From Dehalococcoidia bacterium (lineage in GTDB: Bacteria > Chloroflexota > Dehalococcoidia > Lucifugimonadales > UBA1127): DNA of 64,000 bases. This document shows, in pieces, positions 55,199-64,000 of the stretch. The notes beneath the pieces were generated by a model, which was given only the letters and a program-made list of their open reading frames with translations, ran no database searches and had not been told where the DNA came from. A program made the translations under genes and the position numbers. The stretch spans positions 31,046 to 95,045 of the forward strand of contig CBDBGD010000006.1 of the NCBI GenBank assembly GCA_965205235.1, in the 5' to 3' direction. The number at the start of each line of letters is the position of its first letter. The first letter of the stretch is position 1.

Positions 55199-56422
55199 TT
55201 GGCTACAACCATCGTGATGCCCCAGATGGGCTACGACATGCAGGAAGGCCGCGTGGTGAAGTGGCTCAAGAAGGAGGGCGAGGAGATCGCCCGGGGCGAG
55301 GACGTAGCCGAGATCGAGACGGACAAGGCAGTCATCCCGGTCCCCGCGACGGAAGGCGGAGTCCTTCGCAAGGTGCTGGTGGACGAAGGCTCGACGGTGC
55401 CCGTGGGCGAGGTCATCGCCGTGATGGGCGCGGCGGACGAGGAGCTGCCGGCGAACCTCACGGGCTCCTCGGCGGCGAAACCCAGCGCGGAGTCGGCCCC
55501 AGCGCCCGAGGCGACAAAGCCAGCGCCGGCGGCCGCTGCCGCGACGGCGTCGACGACAGAGGTGCGGGCCACGCCCCTAGCGCGCCGGCTGGCGGGCGAG
55601 AAGGGCGTGGACCTGACCAAGGTCACGGGCACCGGGCCTCGCGGGCGGATCACGGAGAAGGACGTCCTGGCCTTCGCCGAGAGCCAGGCATCGGCCGCAC
55701 CCGCAGCTGCAGCACCGGCGGCGGGTGAACCGCAGATCGTGGAGTTGTCGCGGATGCGGCAGGCCATCGCCCGGCTGACCACTCGCAGCAAGCAGGAGGC
55801 CCCGCACTTCTACGTGACCTCCGAGGTCAACATGTCGGCGGCCATGACCCTGCGGGCAGACCTCAATACTGCGCTGCAAGACCAGGACGTGCGCATCAGC
55901 GTGAACGACCTCATCGTCAAAGCGTGTGCGCTGACGCTGGCCCAACCGCGCTTCGCCTCGTTCAACGCGTCGTTCCAGGGCGACAAGCTGGAAGTACACC
56001 CCCACGTCAACATCGGCATCGCGATTGACCTGGAGGACCGGGGGCTCATCATCCCGGGGCTGCTGAACTGCGAGAGCAAGTCGCTGGCAGACATCGCACG
56101 GGGAAGCAGGGACCTGGTGGAGCGGGCCAAGGCGGACAAGCTGCGGGCCGACGAATACACGTCGACGACGTTCACGGTGAGCAACCTGGGCATGTTCGAC
56201 GTGGACAGCTTCATCGCGATCATCTACCCGCCGAACTCGGCCGTGCTAGCACTGGGCCGGGTCAAGGACCGTCCCATCGTCCAGGACGGGCAGGTGGTGG
56301 TGGGGAAGATGATGAATGCCACCATCTCCACCGACCATCGGGTCGCGGACGGCGCCGGCGCTGCGCGCTTCCTGGCAGAGGTGAAGCGGCTGTTGGAGCA
56401 CCCGGTCCAGCTGTTGGTGTAG
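55199..56422 (+). CDS. pdhC: dihydrolipoamide acyltransferase (E2)
   Basis: TTG start follows GGAGGAGG. It has one lipoyl domain (EIETDKAV) and an Ala/Pro linker. A peripheral-subunit-binding domain (ATPLARRLA) is followed by a catalytic domain with DHRVADG. Confidence 0.9.
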   Translation: MATTIVMPQMGYDMQEGRVVKWLKKEGEEIARGEDVAEIETDKAVIPVPATEGGVLRKVLVDEGSTVPVGEVIAVMGAADEELPANLTGSSAAKPSAESAPAPEATKPAPAAAAATASTTEVRATPLARRLAGEKGVDLTKVTGTGPRGRITEKDVLAFAESQASAAPAAAAPAAGEPQIVELSRMRQAIARLTTRSKQEAPHFYVTSEVNMSAAMTLRADLNTALQDQDVRISVNDLIVKACALTLAQPRFASFNASFQGDKLEVHPHVNIGIAIDLEDRGLIIPGLLNCESKSLADIARGSRDLVERAKADKLRADEYTSTTFTVSNLGMFDVDSFIAIIYPPNSAVLALGRVKDRPIVQDGQVVVGKMMNATISTDHRVADGAGAARFLAEVKRLLEHPVQLLV

Positions 56423-56478
56423 GGGGAATAACCCCGGCTCCCCACGGGTACGCTCCCCACAAGCCACCCTGCGTTTTG

Positions 56479-57198
56479 CTACAGGTCGTTCGTCGCGCCT
56501 TCCTGCTGTCCCTTTCCGATAGCGCAAAGTTGCTGCAGAGGGCACTCGGAGCAGCGGGGGACGCGCTTCAGGCACACGCGACTGCCCAGGCGCACGAGGA
56601 GGGCGTGGTACTCGTTGAACAGCGGGACGTCGGCGGGTAGGTGGTCCATGAACCAAGTCCGCCACGTCTCGTAGTTGTCGGGGTCCAGGCGCACGCCGAT
56701 GCGGGTGAAGATGCGGCGGGTGTACGCGTCAACAACGAAGCTGGGGTGGCCGGCGGCGTAGAGCAGGATGTCGTCCGCGGTCTCGGGGCCGATGCCGCGA
56801 ACCGCCAGCAGCTCCGCTCGCAGGGCGTCGAGGGGGCGAGCCAGCATGCGCGCGAGGTCGCCGTCGTAGCGCTCGACCACGTGCGCGACGAACGCCTGGA
56901 CTGACAGCGATTTGCTGCGATAGGTACCGGAGGGCCGCAGCAGCTCCGTGAGCTCGTCGGTGGGCAGGGCCTCGAGGGCCGCGGTAGACATGACGCCGGC
57001 GTCCTTCAGGCGCGCCAGGGCGCGCTCGGCGTTCCGCCAGGTCGTGTTCTGGGCGAGGATGGCGCCGATGCAGACCTCCAGAGGCTCCTCAGCGCCGGGC
57101 CACCAGCCCTGGGGCCCGAACGCGGCCATGAGGCGACGGTAGACCTCCAGCGTGAGGTCGCGGGCTGGTGTGTCTGAAGCTCGTTCCGTCATGCTCAT
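56479..57198 (-). CDS. endonuclease III-related HhH-GPD protein with [4Fe-4S] loop
   Basis: HhH motif LLAVRGIGPETADDILLY, an Asp downstream, and the C-terminal C-x6-C-x2-C-x5-C (CLKRVPRCSECPLQQLC). Resembles the COG2231-type EndoIII relatives. Confidence 0.8.
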   Translation of the reverse strand: MSMTERASDTPARDLTLEVYRRLMAAFGPQGWWPGAEEPLEVCIGAILAQNTTWRNAERALARLKDAGVMSTAALEALPTDELTELLRPSGTYRSKSLSVQAFVAHVVERYDGDLARMLARPLDALRAELLAVRGIGPETADDILLYAAGHPSFVVDAYTRRIFTRIGVRLDPDNYETWRTWFMDHLPADVPLFNEYHALLVRLGSRVCLKRVPRCSECPLQQLCAIGKGQQEGATNDL

Positions 57199-57935
57199 AG
57201 CAGCACCGGGACCGGATGGGCCAGCCGTATCTCCCGACGCGTGACCCGGCAGACGTACGCATAGGCCTCGACGCCCGCGGCGACGGCGTCGCGGAGGGTG
57301 CGACCGAAGGCCGGGTCCGACGCGTCGTGGGGGGCGCAGGCGCGGGCGTCCTCGCGTTGGATGACGAAGACAGCCGCTGCCCGATACCCTTCCTCAACCG
57401 CCCGAACCAACTCCTCCAGATGGCGGCGACCGCGCTCCGTGGGGGCATCGGGGAAGAGGGCCACGCCGTCCTCGACGAGAGTGACGGACTTGACCTCGAT
57501 GAAGCACGCGCCGTGTGGGCCGGACAGGAGCAGATCGAGGCGGCTGTCGCCGTAGACCACCTCCCGCCGTGCCGAGTCGAACCCGGCGAAGGGTGGCAGT
57601 CGCCGCTCGCGGAAGGCCTCCGACAGCAGCGCCGGGGGCAGGCGGGCGTCGGCGGAGACGAGGACGCGTCCGGGGGCGGAGCCTGCGTATTCCTCGCGAG
57701 GCTCGCCGACGGCGCGGTCGCGTTCGACCTCGACGAGCGCGAGGTCGAACGCAGTCTTGCGGCCCGCGGCCGTCCGCGGCGCGACGAGGCATCGAGCGCC
57801 CGCCCGCAGCAGCTCGCGCATGCGGCCGGAGTTGGCGACGTGCACCATCGCAGGCCGCCCGTCGAGTTCGACCGTCGCGGCGAAGCGGTTGAGCCGCTGC
57901 TCGAATGCGCCCTCCACCAGGGGGCCGAGCTGCAT
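57195..57935 (-). CDS. sfsA: sugar fermentation stimulation protein SfsA (OB + nuclease-like fold DNA-binding protein)
   Basis: ATG 57935 follows GGAGG. MQLGPLVEGAFEQRLNRFAATVELDGRPAMVHVANSGRM is the typical SfsA N-terminus, with a later IEVKSVTL motif. Its stop overlaps the EndoIII-like start by 4 nt. Confidence 0.85.
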   Translation of the reverse strand: MQLGPLVEGAFEQRLNRFAATVELDGRPAMVHVANSGRMRELLRAGARCLVAPRTAAGRKTAFDLALVEVERDRAVGEPREEYAGSAPGRVLVSADARLPPALLSEAFRERRLPPFAGFDSARREVVYGDSRLDLLLSGPHGACFIEVKSVTLVEDGVALFPDAPTERGRRHLEELVRAVEEGYRAAAVFVIQREDARACAPHDASDPAFGRTLRDAVAAGVEAYAYVCRVTRREIRLAHPVPVLL

Positions 57936-58006
57936 CGACACACCTCCCAAGGGTCACTCCATCGTACTCGATTCGTCGCCGGCCACCCATCGACCGTCGT
58001 CGGACT

Positions 58007-58035
58007 TTGACCCCTCATCCGGCCCCATGTAGAAT
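58007..58035 (+). promoter_or_regulatory. sigma-70-like promoter of yebC-ruvC-ruvA
   Basis: TTGACC (58007-58012), 17-nt spacer, TAGAAT (58030-58035), 33 nt before ATG 58068. Confidence 0.45.
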
Positions 58036-58067
58036 GGGCTTGGTCTCAGTGCTTGGAGGTGGAGGAG

Positions 58068-58829
58068 ATGTCCGGCCATTCCAAATGGTCGCAGATCAAG
58101 CACCAGAAGGGTCAGACGGACACCCGTCGCGGGCAGCTGTTCACGAAGCTCGCGAGGGAAATCGCGGTGGCGGCGCGCAAGGGCGGCCCCGACCCGGACA
58201 TGAACCCGAGCCTGCGCATAGCCGTGGAACGCGCCCGCCAGAGCAACATGCCGATGGACAACATCAAGCGAGCCATCGACCGGGCGGTGGGGAACACCGC
58301 AGACGGCGGGTCGTCGCTGGAAGAGGTGGGGTACGAGGGCTACGGCCCCGGCGGGGCAGCCATCCTGGTGGTGGCGCTGACCGACAACCGCAATCGCGCC
58401 GCATCCGAGGTGCGCAAGGCCTTTGTCAGCCACAACAGCAAGCTGGGCGAGGTGGGCTCGGTCGCGTGGATCTTCGAGCAGAAGGGCGTCATCACGCTGG
58501 AGGAGGACGCGGGACGGGCGGAGGAGATCGCCCTGGAGGCCATCGACCTGGGGGCGGAGGACTTCACGCTGGACGACTCGTCCCTGGAGCTGCGGGTTGC
58601 GCCGGAAGCCTTCGAGACCCTCCGACGCGGGCTGGAGGAGCGAGGCCACACGCCCGCACAGGCCGAGGTGACGCTGGTCCCGAAAACCCTGGCGCCGCTG
58701 GATGAGCGCGCCGCCGAGCAGACGCTGCGCCTGCTGGACAAGCTGGAGGAGCTGGACGACGTGCAGCGGGTCTACACCAACGGCGATTTCCCCATGGCGG
58801 TCCTGGAGCGCTACCGGGCCGCGGCCTAG
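58068..58829 (+). CDS. yebC: YebC/PmpR family DNA-binding transcriptional regulator
   Basis: MSGHSKWSQIKHQKG...RGQLFTKLAREI is the invariant family N-terminus. Confidence 0.93.
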   Translation: MSGHSKWSQIKHQKGQTDTRRGQLFTKLAREIAVAARKGGPDPDMNPSLRIAVERARQSNMPMDNIKRAIDRAVGNTADGGSSLEEVGYEGYGPGGAAILVVALTDNRNRAASEVRKAFVSHNSKLGEVGSVAWIFEQKGVITLEEDAGRAEEIALEAIDLGAEDFTLDDSSLELRVAPEAFETLRRGLEERGHTPAQAEVTLVPKTLAPLDERAAEQTLRLLDKLEELDDVQRVYTNGDFPMAVLERYRAAA

Positions 58830-58833
58830 CCCG

Positions 58834-59361
58834 ATGGCCGAGCGCGTTCTTGGCATCGACCCCGGCACTGTGCGGATGGGGTACGGGGTGGTGGAGTCGT
58901 CGGGATACGAGACTCGGCACCTGGCGTCGGGCGCCCTTGCCCCTCGACGCTCGCTACCGCTGGGCGACCGCCTCTGGAAGCTATTCCAGGAGCTGACCAC
59001 GCTGCTCGACACCTGGAAGCCCACGACGCTAGCGGTCGAAGAGCCCTACGTCCCACGCACGAGGGCGGACGGGTCGGGCTCCAGCGTCCGGTCGGCGATG
59101 GCGCTGGGGCAGGCGGAGGCGCTGGTGCTGATTGCGGCCGCGGCTCGAGGCATCCCGGTGACTCGCTACGCTCCCTCGCAGATCAAGAGCGCCGTGACGA
59201 ACGACGGCCGGGGGTCCAAGGAGCAGGTGCAGGAGATGGTGCGCCTGATCCTGGGGCTGCCGCAGCGGCCGCAGCCCACGGACGCGGCCGACGCGCTGGC
59301 CGTGGCGCTATGCCACCTCCAATATCAGCGCGCGGCGCGGCTGGTGGGCGCGGGCAGATGA
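58834..59361 (+). CDS. ruvC: crossover junction endodeoxyribonuclease RuvC
   Basis: ATG 58834. Contains VLGIDPGTVRMGYGVVE and LAVEEPYV. The C-terminal DAADALAVALCH carries the catalytic Asp residues. Confidence 0.9.
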   Translation: MAERVLGIDPGTVRMGYGVVESSGYETRHLASGALAPRRSLPLGDRLWKLFQELTTLLDTWKPTTLAVEEPYVPRTRADGSGSSVRSAMALGQAEALVLIAAAARGIPVTRYAPSQIKSAVTNDGRGSKEQVQEMVRLILGLPQRPQPTDAADALAVALCHLQYQRAARLVGAGR

Positions 59362-59939
59362 TCCGCAGCGTCCGCGGCGCGCTGGAGGCGGTGGGGCCCG
59401 GCTGGGCCATCGTGAACGTGGGCGGCGTGGGCCTGCAGGTCTTCGTTCCCGCGTCTGCGCTGGCGTCGCTGGGGCCGGTGGGGTCGCAGGTGAGCTTGCA
59501 CACCTACCTGGCCGTGCGCGAGGGCGACCTGACGCTCTACGGCTTCCTCACGACGGATGCGCTGCGCCTCTTCGAGCTGTTCCTGGGCGTATCGGGCATC
59601 GGGCCCCGGAACGCGCTGGGCCTGCTCTCGGCGATGTCGCCCGAGGCCCTGGGACACGCCATCGTCACCGAAGACATACGGACGCTGGCGTCGGCGCCGG
59701 GGGTGGGGAAGAAGACGGCAGCGCGCATCATCCTGGAGGTGCGCGGTAAGCTGGAGGAGAGCTGGGCCACGCCCGCACCCGTGGCTGTGGGAGGGGACGG
59801 CGACGTCCTAGCGGCGCTGATGGGGTTGGGGTACACCGGGGCGGAGGCCCGTGCCGCCATGGCCAACCTGCCCGCGGATGGCTCGCTCACCACGGAGGAG
59901 CGAGTGCTCCGGGCGCTCCAGAACATGGCCCGGATCTAG
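59358..59939 (+). CDS. ruvA: Holliday junction DNA helicase subunit RuvA
   Basis: The ATG overlaps the ruvC stop (ATGA). Contains MIRSVRG, HhH motifs (GVSGIGPRNALGLLS, APGVGKKTAARIILE) and a C-terminal domain III. Confidence 0.9.
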   Translation: MIRSVRGALEAVGPGWAIVNVGGVGLQVFVPASALASLGPVGSQVSLHTYLAVREGDLTLYGFLTTDALRLFELFLGVSGIGPRNALGLLSAMSPEALGHAIVTEDIRTLASAPGVGKKTAARIILEVRGKLEESWATPAPVAVGGDGDVLAALMGLGYTGAEARAAMANLPADGSLTTEERVLRALQNMARI

Positions 59940-59984
59940 GGGTTCTGTCGCATTTCGCGGGGTAATTCCCTTTGGAGATAGGTT

Positions 59985-60698
59985 GTGGATTATTCGTTCA
60001 AGCCCAAACCAGTCGAGTACAATGGCACTGAGTTCCGAAGCAAGTTAGAGGCTTCATGGGCAGTTTTCTTTGATCTGTGTGGATGGGACTATGTCTATGA
60101 GCCAGAGGAGTTTGATGGCTGGATGCCGGACTTCGTGCTGATAGGCAATGATGGCGACCGTGTGTGGGTGGAAGTGAAGCCTATTCCGTTCTCCCCCGAC
60201 CTGTACCCTATCCCCCCATACATCCAAAAGGTTATGGATAAAATCGAGGTAGCCACACAACACACGGCCGATGAAATACTACTTCTTGGGTATGAACCAA
60301 CGGACGGGTGCATTGGATGGCTGGGTCAGGCTCTCTACGGGTGCCTAGAGTGCCCCACAGGCGCACACTGCTCAAACGCAGGCATAGTACCATGCTTCTA
60401 CACAGAGGACACAGGGGACGCCGAGGACCCACCCCACACATCGATAACCCTGGGCCGAGAATGGGCGAGTGCTGCATTCGGGCAGTGGGAAAAAGCGCAA
60501 AGACCAGGCTTCTGTTCCGACACAGGCGTGTTCTTTGACCGTATGAGCGGTGAGTATGATGGGGGTTGCTTTGGTGCGGGGAAACTAAAGCACAATCTTT
60601 CAGAGCTGTGGGTAGAGGTGCGGATGCGGCTACAGTACATGCCTCGCCGTCGCCCTCGCCGCGATATTGGCACTTTCAGCAAATACCGGAAGAGGTAG
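59985..60698 (+). CDS. orphan protein with N-terminal PD-(D/E)xK nuclease signature and Cys-rich C-terminal half
   Basis: GTG start has GGAG 7 nt upstream. 237 aa. Residues 15-66 read TEFRSKLEASWAVFFDLCGWDYVYEPEEFDGWMPDFVLIGNDGDRVWVEVKP, giving E22, P48-D49 and E63-x-K65 in PD-(D/E)xK spacing. Cysteines cluster after residue 100 (C..GCLEC..C..C). GC is about 50% by hand count against about two-thirds in the neighbours. Confidence 0.55.
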   Translation: MDYSFKPKPVEYNGTEFRSKLEASWAVFFDLCGWDYVYEPEEFDGWMPDFVLIGNDGDRVWVEVKPIPFSPDLYPIPPYIQKVMDKIEVATQHTADEILLLGYEPTDGCIGWLGQALYGCLECPTGAHCSNAGIVPCFYTEDTGDAEDPPHTSITLGREWASAAFGQWEKAQRPGFCSDTGVFFDRMSGEYDGGCFGAGKLKHNLSELWVEVRMRLQYMPRRRPRRDIGTFSKYRKR

Positions 60699-60749
60699 AT
60701 TGTCAACCGCCCCGCAAAATGCAACGGAACCACTCTAGGGCCTGCACCG

Positions 60750-61367
60750 CTAGGGCGCAGAGGGGCACGCTTCCGGGCCGGGCTCGGGCTCCGGCGGCTG
60801 GGCGTTGAAGCGGTTCATCGCAGCCTCCACCCCTTCCGACAGCACACAAGCCACCGCGTCGGCGGCGCGCTCAAGGACGGGCTGCAGCGCCTGCTCCTCC
60901 TGTCGGGTGAAGGCGCCTAGAACGTAGGGTATCTCGTGTACGCCGAGCGGCGGGCGGCCGATGCCCACGCGCAGCCGAGGCAGCTCCTGGGTCTCCATCG
61001 ACCGCAGGACCGACGTCATGCCCTGGTGACCCCCGGCGCTGCCGCGCGCTCGGATGCGGATGACGCCGAGTGGCAGGTCCATCTCGTCGTAGAGGATGAG
61101 GAGGCGCTGCGGGGGTACGGAGAAGCGAGCGGCGAGGTAGGCGACAGCGGGACCGCTCTCGTTCATGAAGCTGCGGGGGCGGGCGAGGACGATCTGCCGG
61201 CCCTCGACCGAACCGAGGCCCAGGAGGGCGTGGGGGTTGCGGCGCTGGAGGGGGATGCCCCAGCGCGCGGCCACCTCGTCCAGGACGCGAGCGCCGACGT
61301 TGTGTCGAGTGCGTGCGTAGTTTCGCCCAGGGTTGCCCAGGCCGACGACCACGAGGTCAACTGCCAT
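60750..61367 (-). CDS. pth: peptidyl-tRNA hydrolase
   Basis: LVVVGLGNPGRNYARTRHNVG, the FMNESG motif and GHQG. Confidence 0.93.
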   Translation of the reverse strand: MAVDLVVVGLGNPGRNYARTRHNVGARVLDEVAARWGIPLQRRNPHALLGLGSVEGRQIVLARPRSFMNESGPAVAYLAARFSVPPQRLLILYDEMDLPLGVIRIRARGSAGGHQGMTSVLRSMETQELPRLRVGIGRPPLGVHEIPYVLGAFTRQEEQALQPVLERAADAVACVLSEGVEAAMNRFNAQPPEPEPGPEACPSAP

Positions 61368-61380
61368 CAGCGTCGCCCGG

Positions 61381-63471
<2,091 letters not shown>

Positions 63472-63541
63472 CTACGCCGCAGCGAATGGACTTCGCCTTC
63501 CTCCGCTCCCTATACTAACTGCGTACCCCCCAGGAGGCGCC

Positions 63542-64000
63542 ATGGCAGACGTGCGTCCGTTTCGCGGTCTACGCTACGCCCCCGACGTCGTCAGTGACGT
63601 GGGGCAGGTCATCTGCCCGCCCTACGACGTCATCGACGCAGCCCACCAGGCCGCGCTCTACGATCGCAGCCCGTACAACGCCGTGCGGTTGGAGTTCGGG
63701 GCCGCGGAGCCCGGCGACGACGAGTCGACGAACGTGTACACGCGCGCGGCGGAAAGGCTGCAGACGTGGCAGCGGTCCGGCGCACTGGAGCGCGCGGCGC
63801 GGCCCACCTTCTACCTGATGGAGGAGGAGTACGAGGACGGCGGGGTGTCTCGGCGGAGGCGATGCCTCCTCGCCGCGGTGCGGTTGGAGGCGTTCGACCA
63901 CGGCGCGGTGCTGCCCCACGAGTTCACCCGCCCCGGACCGAAGGAGGACCGCCTGCGGCTCATGCAGGCCTGCGCCGCCAATTTCAGCCCGCTCATGGCG
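63542..64000 (+). CDS. DUF1015-family protein (5' part; runs off the window)
   Basis: Not in the ORF track because no stop occurs before the window end. From ATG 63542 the frame reads MADVRPFRGLRYAPDVVSDVGQVICPPYDVIDAAHQAALYDRSPYNAVRLE...VLPHEFT. This matches the typical DUF1015 N-terminus (RPF.GLRY, PPYDVI). Confidence 0.7.
   Translation, partial: MADVRPFRGLRYAPDVVSDVGQVICPPYDVIDAAHQAALYDRSPYNAVRLEFGAAEPGDDESTNVYTRAAERLQTWQRSGALERAARPTFYLMEEEYEDGGVSRRRRCLLAAVRLEAFDHGAVLPHEFTRPGPKEDRLRLMQACAANFSPLMA

Overview
This is a 64-kb stretch of a high-GC bacterial chromosome; most genes look about two-thirds G+C by eye. I cannot assign a lineage from the sequence alone. It is densely packed with about 62 protein genes, many using GTG or TTG starts and many with start/stop overlaps.

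Most content is housekeeping:
- coaE and trxA
- a polyamine pair (ODC-like decarboxylase plus speE)
- an M50 protease and a NifS-type cysteine desulfurase
- a lipoprotein followed by a GldA/F/G-like ABC-2 operon and a DUF4340-like gene
- cinA, an S9 peptidase and argC
- an erythrin-VIT1 (MbfA-like) iron exporter
- thiamine genes behind a TPP riboswitch (thiG and a thiE::thiS fusion)
- a thiolase/DUF35 pair and a class II fumarase/aspartase
- a methylmalonyl-CoA cluster (B12-binding subunit, epimerase, acyl-CoA dehydrogenase, mutase catalytic subunit)
- ruvB, a phosphotriesterase-like protein and uvrB
- korAB
- a translationally chained rumA-maf-tatB-tatC block with a convergent tatA
- lpd-pdhA-pdhB-pdhC
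- a DNA-repair-rich block (EndoIII-like, sfsA, yebC-ruvC-ruvA, pth, ligA)
- a partial DUF1015 gene at the right edge

The RNA genes are tRNA-Sec (anticodon TCA), 17 nt downstream of trxA, and tRNA-Glu(TTC). I found no rRNA, CRISPR array, cas gene, transposase or integrase.

The items most worth a second look are:
1. A two-gene islet at 43938-45531, partly low in GC. It pairs a three-Cys Gp37/Gp68 (DUF5131) protein with a TcmP-like methyltransferase-fold partner. I know of no experimentally established function for this pairing.
2. A low-GC orphan gene at 59985-60698 with a PD-(D/E)xK nuclease signature, immediately after ruvC-ruvA.
3. A dispersed composite intergenic element present three times (about 7.8-8.3 kb, 28.7-29.1 kb, 36.8-37.5 kb). 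Each copy has a ~300-bp core, REP-like hairpins and a conserved G-quadruplex-prone module.
4. A rubrerythrin / CCG Fe-S / DUF3501 operon.
5. A low-GC remnant and resistance-like accessory genes next to tRNA-Sec.

All functional calls rest on motif recognition by eye. No database search was run.
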